Below the pieces are notes generated by a model. It saw only the letters and a program-made list of their open reading frames with translations. It did no database searches and was not told the origin of the DNA. Shown here piece by piece: positions 30,177 through 40,197 of a stretch of DNA of 64,000 nt. The stretch's first letter is position 1, and each line of letters starts with the position of its first letter. The position numbers were made by a program, and so were the translations under genes. Source of the DNA: a bacterium. GTDB lineage: Bacteria; Myxococcota_A; UBA9042. Location of the stretch: NCBI GenBank assembly GCA_030425545.1, contig JAUIAC010000002.1, forward strand, positions 2,778 to 66,777, written 5' to 3'.

Positions 30177-31618
30177 GACGACTTCCCGGTGGTGCCCGCG
30201 AGGGCGCGGTACAGCTGGACGCGTGTGGACAGGAGGGCACGCTGGGCGCCGATGCGCTCGCCCTCGAGGCGCTGCAGGGTCGACACCGCCTGCAGCACGG
30301 GCAGGTAGGTGCTCTGGCCGGCGGCGAAGCGCGCGCGGGCCTGCCCCAGGGTCTCGCGCGCCAGGGCCAACCGGGCGTCCACACGCCGGAGGGACTCCCG
30401 CTGGTGCCGCTCCTGCGTCAGCGCGTTCTCGACCTCCCAGAGCGCCCGCTGCACCACCTGGGTGTAGGCGAGCACGGCGTCGGTCAACGCGGCGCGGTTG
30501 CGGTCGATGTCCCCGCGGATGCGCCCGCCTTGGAAGAGGGGAGCGGTGAGGCCGGCGAAGAGGCTGCCGACGAAGTTGTCGAGGAAGCCGAAGGGGTCGG
30601 CGCGGCCCTGAAAGCCAGCGCTGCCGCCCAGCCGAAGCCCGGGGAGCAGGTTGGCCTTGGCGCTGCCGAGCCGGTGGTCGGCCGCGATCAGCCGCTGCTG
30701 CGCCGCCTTCACGTCGGGGCGGCGGGCGAGCAGCTTGGCCGGCACGCCCGTGGCGGGCAGCGGCGGCAGCTTGGGCAGCGTGCGCACGTCGCCGAGGGCG
30801 ACCTCGGTCCCCGGCGCCTTGCCCACAAGCATGCGGACCTGGTTTGCGGCCAGCTCCTCGGCCAGCTTCAGGTTGGGCTCCTGCGCCGCCACGGTCTCCA
30901 GCTGCTGCTCCTGCTGCAGCACGTCGACCGACGAGGCCATGCCCTGGCCAAAGCGCAGCTTGGTCAGCGTGAGCAGCTGCTCGTTGAGCTTGCGCTGCTC
31001 GGCCAGCAGGGTCTGGCGGGCGCGCGCTTCCACCAGGCGCAGCCAGGCGTCGGCCACCTGGGCGGTGAGGCTCAGGCCCAGCGCGTGACGGTCGTGCTGG
31101 GCGGCGCGCATGTCGCGCGTGGCGGCGCGCTTGGCGTTGAGCGCGCGCCCCCAGATGTCGACCTCCCAGCTGACGTTCAGGTTGAGTGGAAAGGTGGTCT
31201 GGGTCACCGCGATGGCGCCGCCGCCAGAGGCCGGGTTGGCGCCGAAGAAGAAGTTCTGCTGCGCCGTCTGCACCTGCCCGCTGACGCTGGCGGTCGGCAG
31301 CAGCGCGGCGCCCTGCACACGCGCCAAGGCGGCGGCCTGCTGGACCCGGGTGGCCGCGCGACGCACGTCCAGGTTGCCCTGCAGCGTGGCCTCACACAGC
31401 CGGCTGAGGTCGCCGGAGCCGAGGGCACGCCACCAGCGCGCCTCGACCTGCGCGCCACCACCCCCGGACCCGCTGAACTGGTCCGCCACGGCCACGAGCG
31501 GCTTTCGGTCGGTCTGGACCTGGTGCACCACGGAGCCGCAGCCCGCGCTGGCGAGCGCGGCCAGGCCCAGGGCGAAGCGCGCCAGGCATCGCCCTGCCTT
31601 GCGTTGGCTGGCGGTCAT
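30173..31618 (-). CDS. Outer membrane efflux lipoprotein (TolC-like, NodT family).
   Basis: Lipobox in MTASQRKAGRCLARFALGLAALASAGCG. Outer-membrane-factor repeats are present. ORF 30173..32338 is trimmed to the ATG at 31618, which overlaps the TetR stop as ATGA. Confidence 0.85.
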   Translation of the reverse strand: MTASQRKAGRCLARFALGLAALASAGCGSVVHQVQTDRKPLVAVADQFSGSGGGGAQVEARWWRALGSGDLSRLCEATLQGNLDVRRAATRVQQAAALARVQGAALLPTASVSGQVQTAQQNFFFGANPASGGGAIAVTQTTFPLNLNVSWEVDIWGRALNAKRAATRDMRAAQHDRHALGLSLTAQVADAWLRLVEARARQTLLAEQRKLNEQLLTLTKLRFGQGMASSVDVLQQEQQLETVAAQEPNLKLAEELAANQVRMLVGKAPGTEVALGDVRTLPKLPPLPATGVPAKLLARRPDVKAAQQRLIAADHRLGSAKANLLPGLRLGGSAGFQGRADPFGFLDNFVGSLFAGLTAPLFQGGRIRGDIDRNRAALTDAVLAYTQVVQRALWEVENALTQERHQRESLRRVDARLALARETLGQARARFAAGQSTYLPVLQAVSTLQRLEGERIGAQRALLSTRVQLYRALAGTTGKSS

Positions 31619-32238
31619 GGTGCCTCCCGCGCGGCGGTGCCAGGGGCGCCCGCTCCGTCCCAGAGCATGGTCACGAAGCGACGGACAAAGTCCGCTGTGT
31701 CGGGCCCCACCTGGCCGGGCAGCTGCGGCACCCGCATCCACTCCAGAAAGACATAGTTGTGCATGGTCCCCACGAGGGCCCGCGCCACCACCTCCGGCGA
31801 GTCGGTGCGCATGCTGCCCGTGGCCACGCAGCGCTCCACCAGCTCGGTCAGCGCGCCGATGACCTGCGCTGGCGGTGGGGTCTCGCCCTGCAGCATCAGC
31901 TCCGGCGAGAAGTGCGGGTGCAGGCGGCTGCACATCATCCGCGGCAGCACGTCGCGAAAGAAGCCCACCAGGGCCAGGCCGAGCGCCTCGAAGCGCGCAC
32001 GCTCCTGACCGACGGCCACGGGGCGGCGCGCCAGCGCGACCACCTCGGTGGGGTCCGGCACCGCCATGGCGGCGAAGAAGAGGCCGTCTTTGCTGCCGAA
32101 GCGCTTGAAGATGGTGCCCTCGCTCACGCCGGCGCGCTGGGCCACAGCGCTGGTGGGAGCGCCCCGCCCGTCGGCGAGGAACACCGCGCGAGCGGCGTCG
32201 AGGATCTGGTCGTCGTCGATGGTGCGTGGTCGAGCCAT
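31615..32238 (-). CDS. TetR/AcrR-family transcriptional regulator.
   Basis: N-terminal helix-turn-helix region ILDAARAVFLADGRGAPTSAVAQRAGVSEGTIFKRFGSKDGLF. The protein is about 200 aa. Confidence 0.85.
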   Translation of the reverse strand: MARPRTIDDDQILDAARAVFLADGRGAPTSAVAQRAGVSEGTIFKRFGSKDGLFFAAMAVPDPTEVVALARRPVAVGQERARFEALGLALVGFFRDVLPRMMCSRLHPHFSPELMLQGETPPPAQVIGALTELVERCVATGSMRTDSPEVVARALVGTMHNYVFLEWMRVPQLPGQVGPDTADFVRRFVTMLWDGAGAPGTAAREAP

Positions 32239-32799
32239 GGTGCGTCAGATGCCTGCGGGTCTGGGGGGGGTTCGGAGCCCGGGCGCTTGGGGTGCTGTGC
32301 CCGGGTCTGGCGAGCGCCGCCAGAGTTAGTGAGGGCACACTTACTTTCTTGCGCGCTCGCCGTCAAGGCGTAAGTGAGCGCCCACTTACTTTCTGGAAGC
32401 GCGTACGTCAACGGCTCAGGTCGCCAGACGACGCGCGAATTCCACGGCGAAGACGTCGGGACGGCGACGGTGGGCTGGCGCGCATCGCGCGATGTCGGAC
32501 CGCCGGGGGGCCTGTTTTGCGGTGCTAGGTCTGTGGCACGCGCCGCGGTCAGTGAGCGCCGAGCGGGCCGGTCGGCCGCCGCGGCGCGCGATCACACGGG
32601 GCTCGCCAAGAAGTGCAAAGACATCGCGCCACGCCCTCCCCCGTCCGGGGGACACGTCGCACTCAACCAACTGAAATCACGCGCCACCGCCTTTCGGGCG
32701 GGCGCCCTGGCTGCGACGCTGCGCGGGTCCCCCCCAACGATCCCGCGGCTGGTTCTGCGCCCGCCGCCCACGGCCTCAAGCCGCACACGGAGTCTCGCC

Positions 32800-35700
32800 A
32801 TGGTGACAGCGCCAAACCCGGGTGGGCCCGTTCGCAGCCAGTCCGGCCCGCGGGCGCGTCCGCCCCGCCCCGCCGCGGTGTCGCGGGCCGCGCTGGCGAC
32901 GCTCCTGGTCTTGGGCGGCTGTGGGCTCGGCGAGGTCGGGCCAGAGGCGGACAAGCTCGCGGCGTGGAAGGCCCAGCAGGCGGACGCACACGACGACGCC
33001 GAGGGCGACGTGACCCAGGGCGACGTGACCCAGGGCGACGTGACGCCTGCAGACACCGCCCCAGACACAGGCGCGGGCGACGCGTCGGGTGACGACGCCA
33101 ATGACTCAGGCGGCGCGGACGCGGGGTGCAGCGCCGCGAGCGACTGCGACGACGGCGACGTCTGCACCGCTGACAGCTGCGTGGCCGCCACCGGCGTCTG
33201 CGCCCACGAGCCCAAGAGCGGCCCGTGCGACGACGGCGACCCGTGCACCTCGGGCGACACCTGCGCCAAGGGGACCTGCGCGGGCACGGCCAAGGACTGT
33301 GCGGACGACAACCCCTGCACACTGGACCTGTGCAACGCGGGCAGCTGCGGCCACACCGCGGTCAAGGGCGGCGCCTGCGACGACGGCGACGCGTGCACGC
33401 TCGCGGCGTGCCCGCTCGACGGGTCCAGCCCGGTCTGCACGAAGACCGGCGAGGTCGACTGCGACGACGGCAACGCGTGCACCCAGGACACCTGCGACCC
33501 GAAGTCCGGCTGCACCCACACCTCGCTGACCACGCCGTGCGACCTGGGGGACGCCTGCGCGCTTGGGGCCTGCAAGACGGTGGCCGGCAAGGCGGCGTGC
33601 GTCAAAACCGGGCCGAAGACCTGCGACGACGGCGACGTGTGCACCGACGACACCTGCAAGCCCGGCGTGGGCTGCGTGACTGTGCCCAACGCGGCGCCCT
33701 GCGACGACGGGGTCGCCTGCACCGTTGCCGACGTGTGTACGAGCGGCACGTGCAGCGGCAAGGCGGCGCTCTTCGACAGCGGCTGGTCGGGACCCAAGTT
33801 CGCCAGCGTCCAGGGCGCGCTGCCCCTGAGCGACGGCGGCTTCCTCGCCGTGGGGGCGGAGGCGCCGACGTCCGGCAAACCAGCGGGGCGGCTCTGGACC
33901 TTCAGCGCGGGCGACCCGCTCCCGCTGGCGTGGCAGGTGACGCTGACCGGCGTCGGCATCTTCGACGTGGTCGAGCTGCCCGGCGAGGCGACCTTCGCGT
34001 TGGGGATGCACTACGACGGCCGCTTCGACAGCTGGGTCGCCCCCATCAACCCGGCGAAGCAGTCGGTCGGGACCGCGGCGACGCTCGGCGCCGACGGCGA
34101 GATTCACATCTGGCGGCGGGGCGCGGCGCTGCCCGGAAGCGGCGGCGCGGCCGGCTCGGTCGCGCTGGTGGGCGTGCGCATCGACAAGGCGGGCGTGACC
34201 CACGGCCGCGTGGCGCGCCTCGACGCGACAGGCAAGTGGGCGGCACAGCCCCCTGCAGAGGTGACCCACGTCGAGCTGCGCGCCGCCGCGGCGACACCCG
34301 GCGTGAGCGGAGACGTGAGCGCGTGTGGTCAGTGGTCCGAGGGGCTCGCGGCCGCGCCGGTGTCGGGCCCCAGAGCGTGGTTCGCGCGCGTCGACGTGGC
34401 CGGCAAGCTCCACGTCAGCCGGCCCTTCGGCTGGCGAGGGGCGCACTGCGCCGGCCTCACGGGCCTGCCGCAGGGCGGGCTCGTGGCCGTGGGCCACGTG
34501 CAGGCAGAGGCCAGCGGCCCCCGGGTCGCCATGGCCTGGCGCGTCACCCCCGCTGGCGCGGTCACTGCGCGGTGGCGCTCGCCCAGCGGGGGTGACGACG
34601 CGCTGACGGGCGTGGTCTCAGCCGGCGGGTCGGCCCTGTTTGCGGTGGGCGAACGCACCGCCGTGGCCGGGACCAAGGCCGGGCTCACCCTGCGGTGGCA
34701 GCCAGACTTCAGCGCGGCGCAGGTCGAGTCGTACCCCGGTGCGGCGCCACGGGCGTTCGCCGCGGCGGCGTGGCATCCCGCCGGCTACCTCGTCGCGGTC
34801 GGCTCGAGCGAGCCCGCGGGACAAGGCGAGCGCCCCTGGGCGGCTGCGGTCGACCCGTGGGGCCACACCAGCTGCAAGGCCGCAGGCGCCTGCGCCAGCG
34901 TGTCGCTACACACGTGCGGCACCGGCGACCCGTGCACCGTGCCGGGGTGCTCGGCCCAGGCGGGGTGCACCCTCACGCCACGCGCCGGCAGCTGCGACGA
35001 CGGCGCCCCCTGCACTGCCGGCGCGCGGTGTGCGCAGGGCGTGTGCAAGGCGGGCACGCCGCGCCTCCACGAGGCGGCTGTGACCGTTCCCGCGCCGGCG
35101 GACAAGGCCGGCTTTGTCGCCACCGTGGCGCTCCCGGAGGACGACGTCGCCCTCGCCTACACGGAGACCGCCAAGGGAGGGTCGTCGCTCAACCTGAGCG
35201 GGCGCTCCCCCGCCGGCGCGGCCCTGTGGACCCAGACGCTCGCGCTGGGCGGCGACACGCCGACCGGGCTGGTGCGTTCGGGCGATGTGCTGTGGAGCCA
35301 CGGCGAGACCTCAGCCGGTGGCGGCTGGGTCTGGCCGGTGAGCGTGACCGGAGCTGCTCAGGCGAAGGGCCCCGGGACGTCGACGCTGAGCTGGCAGTGC
35401 GCGGCCGCCGCGCCGGCGGGTGAACTGCACGTGGCCCACGTGTCGTCGACGGGCACGGTCAGCGTCGCGCGGTGGGCGACCACGGGCGCGAGCGGCGTCC
35501 CGAAGGCGGTGGCGTTTCAGGAGAGCGGGGCCGCGTCGGTCCCCGCACAGCGACTGAGTCGGTGCGACGCGTTGATCACCACGGACCAGGGCTGGGTGCT
35601 GGCCGGAGCCGGCGCAGCGGGCACGCCGAGCTGGGCTCGGCTGGACGCCAAGGGTGCGGTGATCGCCTGGCAGCCGACCGCCAGCGGGGCGGACGTCACG

Positions 35701-37821
35701 CAGCTGGACTATGTCGCCGACTGGGGCCGCCCGGCCGGGGTCTTCGCGCGGGCCAACGGACTCCGAGGCCTGCTCTCCGTCGCGGCCTACCCGGCGCCCG
35801 CCCAGGCCCAGAGCAGCTGGAAGGCCGCAGCCACGCCTCGTCTGGCGGTGTTCGACGCGGGTGGGCACGTGCGTGGGGTGTCGCGCCCGTTCAACCCCAA
35901 GCCAGACCGTGTGCTGACCGCCGTGCAGCTGCCCGACGGCGGCGTCGCCCTGCTGACGGCCACGACGTTCGGCAAGGCGACCGAGCTCGCTGTCGCGCTG
36001 GCCAACGAGGCCGGCAGCGTGCACACCACCTGGACGCGCACCGTACCCGACCTGGTGCAGATGGCAGCCGCGGCCACCGTCACCACCGACGGGGCGCTGC
36101 TCGTGGCGGCCCGCGGTGTCGACCAGGACACAGGCAAGCCGACGATGCGCCTGCTGCGCACCACCGTGTGGGGCCACACCAGCTGCGCCAAGGCCGGCGC
36201 CTGCGCCAACGTCAGCGCGTCCGCCTGCGACACGGGCGTCGCCTGCACACCGGGCCGGTGCGACACGACCACAGGCTGCAAGCCGGCGCAGACGGCCACC
36301 TGCCTGCCCAGCGCCCAGTGCGTCGCCGGTGGCGCGTGCAGCGGCGCGGCGTGCGTGGCCACCGGTAGCCCCACCGGCAAGGGCGCGCTCAGCTGCGACG
36401 ACCAGAGCCCCTGCACCGCCGACGCGTGCAGCGCCAGCGCCGGCTGCACCCACGCGCCCTTGAGCGACGTCGCGTGCAGCGACGGGGACCTCTGCACCCT
36501 TCAGGACACCTGCAAGTCCGGGGTCTGCGTCGCGACGCCCAACGCGTGCGACGACAAGGTGGCCTGCACCGTGGACTCCTGCGTCGCGGCCACCGGCGCC
36601 TGCAAGCACGTGACGGACGACAGCCACTGCAAGGACGGCAACAGCTGCACCAGCGACAGCTGTGACGCAAAGCAGGGCTGCACGTTCAAGCCCGTGGCGA
36701 TCGGCGCGAGCTGCGGTCAGGGGCTGGTGTGCACCGGCAGCGTCTGCCACGCGCCGTGGGCAGAGTCGCTGAGCTTGGGGCACGGCTTCGCCTGTGCGTT
36801 GGACGCCAAGGGCGTGGTCCGCTGCTGGGGCAAGGGCGACAAAGGCCAGCTCGGCGACGGCGGCGACAGCACCAAGGACGATCCCCAGGTGGTCAAGCTG
36901 CCGGCGGCGGCCGTGCAGGTCAGCGCCGGGGCGAAGCACGCGTGCGCCGTGACGGTCGGGGGGCAGGTGGTGTGCTGGGGGGACAACAGCCAAGGGCAAC
37001 GCGGGCCGGGATCGGTCGGCAAGGGACCCGAGGTGGTGAAGAACATCAGCGCCGCGACCGCGGTTGCGGCGGGTGTGCACCACTCGTGCGCGGTCGTGCA
37101 GGGGGCGCTGTGGTGCTGGGGCACGTCCAACGCAGGCGAGACCGGCGTCGGGCCCCAAGGCGGTCAGGGGCTCCAGAAGGTGCAGGCCGGAGCGGCGGAC
37201 TTCACGCAGGTGGTCGTGGGGACGGAGCACACCTGCGCGCTGCGCAAGGGCGGCGGCGTAGCCTGCCTCGGTGACCACACCTACAAGCAGCTCGGCGACG
37301 CCAACTTCAAGGGGCTCTCGTCGACCCAGGCCGTGACCGTGATGAGCGCGCCGGGCAAGCCCCTGGCCGAGGTCGCTGGGCTCACGGCTGGGCCGCGCTG
37401 CACGTGGGCCCTGCACGGTCCCGCAGCCAAGGCGGCCGGCTGGGGAGGCGATCGCTTCGGCGCGGGGCTGGAGGACGGGGTCGCCGAGTCGTCGGCCGTC
37501 GGCACGCCAGCGGACTATGTCGGCAGCGGCTTCGCTGCGGTGGCCGCGGCTGTCGACCACACCTGCGTGCTGGTGGCCCAGGGCGGCACCGTGCTGTGCA
37601 CGGGCGCCAGCAAGGACAAGACCCTCGGCGCGGGCGGCGCTGCGCCGGTGAGCCAGCCGACGACCGTGCCCGGCGTCAGTGGGCTCATCGGCCTGGCCGC
37701 CGGCCCGAGCGTCACCTGTGGCCTGCGCAGCGACGGCGCGGTGGTGTGTTGGGGGCTCGACGTCGACGGCGCCGCACAGAGCGCCGCCCTCGTGCCCGGC
37801 AGCGCGCCCGACCAGCCCTGA
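32800..37821 (+). CDS. Giant lipoprotein of about 1673 aa. It has two blocks of Myxococcus cysteine-rich repeats, a central beta-rich region and a C-terminal RCC1-repeat beta-propeller.
   Basis: Lipobox in MVTAPNPGGPV...LATLLVLGGCG. Repeats such as CDDGDVCTADSC and CDDGNACTQDTCD in the N-terminal block, and a second block around aa 1000..1200. C-terminal RCC1 motifs: GHGFACALDAKGVVRCWGKGDKGQLGDGG, HACAVTVGGQVVCWGDNSQGQ and HSCAVVQGALWCWGTSNAGE. ORF 32374..37821 is trimmed to the ATG at 32800. Confidence 0.85.
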   Translation: MVTAPNPGGPVRSQSGPRARPPRPAAVSRAALATLLVLGGCGLGEVGPEADKLAAWKAQQADAHDDAEGDVTQGDVTQGDVTPADTAPDTGAGDASGDDANDSGGADAGCSAASDCDDGDVCTADSCVAATGVCAHEPKSGPCDDGDPCTSGDTCAKGTCAGTAKDCADDNPCTLDLCNAGSCGHTAVKGGACDDGDACTLAACPLDGSSPVCTKTGEVDCDDGNACTQDTCDPKSGCTHTSLTTPCDLGDACALGACKTVAGKAACVKTGPKTCDDGDVCTDDTCKPGVGCVTVPNAAPCDDGVACTVADVCTSGTCSGKAALFDSGWSGPKFASVQGALPLSDGGFLAVGAEAPTSGKPAGRLWTFSAGDPLPLAWQVTLTGVGIFDVVELPGEATFALGMHYDGRFDSWVAPINPAKQSVGTAATLGADGEIHIWRRGAALPGSGGAAGSVALVGVRIDKAGVTHGRVARLDATGKWAAQPPAEVTHVELRAAAATPGVSGDVSACGQWSEGLAAAPVSGPRAWFARVDVAGKLHVSRPFGWRGAHCAGLTGLPQGGLVAVGHVQAEASGPRVAMAWRVTPAGAVTARWRSPSGGDDALTGVVSAGGSALFAVGERTAVAGTKAGLTLRWQPDFSAAQVESYPGAAPRAFAAAAWHPAGYLVAVGSSEPAGQGERPWAAAVDPWGHTSCKAAGACASVSLHTCGTGDPCTVPGCSAQAGCTLTPRAGSCDDGAPCTAGARCAQGVCKAGTPRLHEAAVTVPAPADKAGFVATVALPEDDVALAYTETAKGGSSLNLSGRSPAGAALWTQTLALGGDTPTGLVRSGDVLWSHGETSAGGGWVWPVSVTGAAQAKGPGTSTLSWQCAAAAPAGELHVAHVSSTGTVSVARWATTGASGVPKAVAFQESGAASVPAQRLSRCDALITTDQGWVLAGAGAAGTPSWARLDAKGAVIAWQPTASGADVTQLDYVADWGRPAGVFARANGLRGLLSVAAYPAPAQAQSSWKAAATPRLAVFDAGGHVRGVSRPFNPKPDRVLTAVQLPDGGVALLTATTFGKATELAVALANEAGSVHTTWTRTVPDLVQMAAAATVTTDGALLVAARGVDQDTGKPTMRLLRTTVWGHTSCAKAGACANVSASACDTGVACTPGRCDTTTGCKPAQTATCLPSAQCVAGGACSGAACVATGSPTGKGALSCDDQSPCTADACSASAGCTHAPLSDVACSDGDLCTLQDTCKSGVCVATPNACDDKVACTVDSCVAATGACKHVTDDSHCKDGNSCTSDSCDAKQGCTFKPVAIGASCGQGLVCTGSVCHAPWAESLSLGHGFACALDAKGVVRCWGKGDKGQLGDGGDSTKDDPQVVKLPAAAVQVSAGAKHACAVTVGGQVVCWGDNSQGQRGPGSVGKGPEVVKNISAATAVAAGVHHSCAVVQGALWCWGTSNAGETGVGPQGGQGLQKVQAGAADFTQVVVGTEHTCALRKGGGVACLGDHTYKQLGDANFKGLSSTQAVTVMSAPGKPLAEVAGLTAGPRCTWALHGPAAKAAGWGGDRFGAGLEDGVAESSAVGTPADYVGSGFAAVAAAVDHTCVLVAQGGTVLCTGASKDKTLGAGGAAPVSQPTTVPGVSGLIGLAAGPSVTCGLRSDGAVVCWGLDVDGAAQSAALVPGSAPDQP
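33004..33048 (+). repeat. In-frame 15 bp tandem repeat, about three copies (ggcgacgtgacccag), encoding (GDVTQ)n in the lipoprotein's N-terminal linker.
   Basis: Read from the sequence: gagggcgacgtgacccagggcgacgtgacccagggcgacgtgacgcct. Confidence 0.7.
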
Positions 37822-37957
37822 CCGGTCCAGCAGGCGTAACACCTGCGGTGCCTGCCGCGTCTGCGGTGGGTCGTCCTGCGCCTCGGGCTTGAACCGAGCG
37901 ACCGGGTCGACACACTGTACAGCGCGCGGGCGCGCCTGCCCGCCAGCGAGGCACACC

Positions 37958-38449
37958 GTGGAACATCTGATCACCTGGGACGGCTGGGTCGGCGGCGTCG
38001 GCGTCGGGCTCGTCGTCGTCCTGCTCTTTCTCACCACGGGCAAGGCGCTCGGCGTCTCGAGCGCGTACGGCGACGCCTGCGGCGTGGCGGGCGCGAGCTA
38101 CTTTCGCAAGGGCGCCTTCGCCGCGCCGCGCTGGCGGCTCTGGTTTGCGCTGGGGCTTCCAGTCGGCGGCGCGCTGGCGGTGCTGACCTCCGGCGTCCCG
38201 TGGGCGCCCACCTGGGACATGGGCACGCTCTACCCGACGGTGCTGCCGGGCTCGGTGTGGCTGCGGGGGCTGGTGCTCGTCGCTGGTGGCGCGTTGATCG
38301 GCTACGGCGCGCGCGCCGCGGGCGGCTGCCAGAGCGGCCACGCGATCACCGGCATGGCGCTGCTCAACCCACCGAGCGTCCTCGCGGGTGGGCTCTTCTT
38401 CGTGGGCGGCATCGTCAGCGTGCAAGCGCTCTTCGCCGCGTTCAGCTGA
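37958..38449 (+). CDS. YeeE/YedE-family (DUF395) membrane protein, first half of a split sulfur-compound transporter.
   Basis: Motif GYGARAAGGCQSGHAITG is the conserved G-G-C-x-S-G transporter motif. Four transmembrane helices. GTG start at 37958; ORF 37679..38449 is trimmed. Confidence 0.72.
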   Translation: MEHLITWDGWVGGVGVGLVVVLLFLTTGKALGVSSAYGDACGVAGASYFRKGAFAAPRWRLWFALGLPVGGALAVLTSGVPWAPTWDMGTLYPTVLPGSVWLRGLVLVAGGALIGYGARAAGGCQSGHAITGMALLNPPSVLAGGLFFVGGIVSVQALFAAFS

Positions 38450-38451
38450 CC

Positions 38452-39003
38452 GTGGAGACCGCCGTGCAATCGACCCCACGCCCCAGCCCCCAGCCTCGAG
38501 GCGGACCGCCTGGCGAAAAGCGGACCCTGCCGCACGTGGCGTTCCTGCCTTTTGGCGCCCTCTTCGGCTTCATCTTGAGCCGGGCCGGGGCGACCACCTA
38601 CGACTTCTACGCAGGGCTCTTTCTCTTTGAGGACCTGCAGCTGTTCTGGGTCATCGCCGCCGGCGCTGCGACCGGGGCCGTCGGCGTCGCGCTGCTCAAA
38701 GTGACCGGGGCCAAAGCGCTGCTCACCGGCGCGCCCATGGACTTTCGCGGCAAGCCCTTCCGCCCTTCCCTGGTGCCTGGATCGCTGCTGCTGGGCCTCG
38801 GCTGGGGCCTCGCAGGCGCCTGCCCAGGGACGGTGCTGGCCATGTTGGGTGAAGGCAAGCTGAACGCGCTCTTCACCATCGGCGGGATCCTGCTCGGCAC
38901 CTGGCTCTTCGGCGTCATCAACGCGCCAGCCGTTGGCGTCACCGCCGCGGGCGAGCCCCACGACACCGCGACCCGCCCCGTGACCGGCACCGCCAGCCCC
39001 TGA
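38452..39003 (+). CDS. YeeE/YedE-family (DUF395) membrane protein, second half.
   Basis: Motif LGLGWGLAGACPGT is the second-repeat signature. GTG start lies 2 nt after the previous stop. Alternative starts lie further downstream. Confidence 0.68.
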   Translation: METAVQSTPRPSPQPRGGPPGEKRTLPHVAFLPFGALFGFILSRAGATTYDFYAGLFLFEDLQLFWVIAAGAATGAVGVALLKVTGAKALLTGAPMDFRGKPFRPSLVPGSLLLGLGWGLAGACPGTVLAMLGEGKLNALFTIGGILLGTWLFGVINAPAVGVTAAGEPHDTATRPVTGTASP

Positions 39004-39040
39004 GCTCCGTCGAGGGCCGGCCTCTGCCCTTCGCCCGCGC

Positions 39041-40153
39041 CTACTTCGCCCCCTTGGCACCGCTGCGCTTGGCCAGCGCGTCCACCCGGGTCTGCAGCGC
39101 CGCCCGCTGGTCCGCCGGCAGGGCGGCCCGCCGCTTCAGCGCGTCGGCGAGGGGCGCCGCCTCCACGACGAGCCCGTGTTTCTCGGCAAACGAGAGCCAC
39201 TGCTTGAAGGCCGACAGGTCCGCCCCCCGCGTCGCCCGTTGGCGCAACACCCCCACGCCAACCCCGACCCGCCCGAGCTCGGCCTGGCTGCGCGCGTACC
39301 ACCACCACGCCCCGCCGGCCCACGACGTGTCGGGGAAGCGGGTGGCGAGCTCGCGCCACACGTGCTGCGCCACAGCGGGCGTGCGCCGAACCCGGTGGTG
39401 GAAGCGCCCGAGGACGAAGAGCACCTCCGCCGCCTGCTCGCGAGCGACGCGGAGCGCCTGGGGCGAGGTCCCCTTCGAGACCGAGGTCGGCGGCCACAGC
39501 AGCGGCTCCAAGAGCGCGCGCGCCCGCTGGAAGGTGGCGCCCTTCCCTCCGGCGCGGACCAGCAGCAGCTTGCCCAAGGCCAGGCGCGTGGCCGGGTCGT
39601 CCGGGGCCTTCTGCAGTCGAGCCTCGAGCGCCGGCACCGGGTCGACGGCCGTGCCGGCTGTGGCCAGCTGCCGCTCAAAGTCGGCCTTGCCCTCGTAGCC
39701 CATGATGCGCAGCACCTGCTGCCCGCCGCCGTCGAGCACCACCGTCGTCGGCAGGCCCAAGATGACGTAGCGCTCGACCCAGCGGCGGTTCTCCGGCGCG
39801 TCGAAGTCCACCCGCACGGCGATGAGGTCTCGCGTCAGCCGCGCCCCCTCGGGGCTGTGGAAGACCTGCGCGCCAAGCCGCTTGCACGGGCCACACCAGC
39901 TCGCCTCGAACTTGACCAGCACCCGCTTGCCCGAGGTCTTCGCCGCTGCCAGCGCCTGGGCGAGGTCGCCCTTGAACCAGCGCGTGCCCGCGGCCTTGCC
40001 CGCCGCGAGGCTGGGGGAGGTCGCGCCGCCGAACACCAGCAGCGCAGCGACCACGGCGGACGCCAGGATGGGTCCCTGGGCCCTGCGGCGGCGCGCGGTG
40101 GCTGTGCCAGCGGGCGCGGGGGACCGACGTGTCGAGCGGGCGAGCCGTGGCAT
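39041..40153 (-). CDS. Secreted thioredoxin-domain protein with a C-terminal TPR-like/helical region.
   Basis: Signal peptide, then VLVKFEASWCGPCKRL with the WCGPC active site. An alpha-helical repeat tail follows. Confidence 0.8.
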   Translation of the reverse strand: MPRLARSTRRSPAPAGTATARRRRAQGPILASAVVAALLVFGGATSPSLAAGKAAGTRWFKGDLAQALAAAKTSGKRVLVKFEASWCGPCKRLGAQVFHSPEGARLTRDLIAVRVDFDAPENRRWVERYVILGLPTTVVLDGGGQQVLRIMGYEGKADFERQLATAGTAVDPVPALEARLQKAPDDPATRLALGKLLLVRAGGKGATFQRARALLEPLLWPPTSVSKGTSPQALRVAREQAAEVLFVLGRFHHRVRRTPAVAQHVWRELATRFPDTSWAGGAWWWYARSQAELGRVGVGVGVLRQRATRGADLSAFKQWLSFAEKHGLVVEAAPLADALKRRAALPADQRAALQTRVDALAKRSGAKGAK

Positions 40154-40197
40154 AGTGGCCTCCAGGCGGCCAGGACGCGCCGCGGGAGGAGTCTGCC

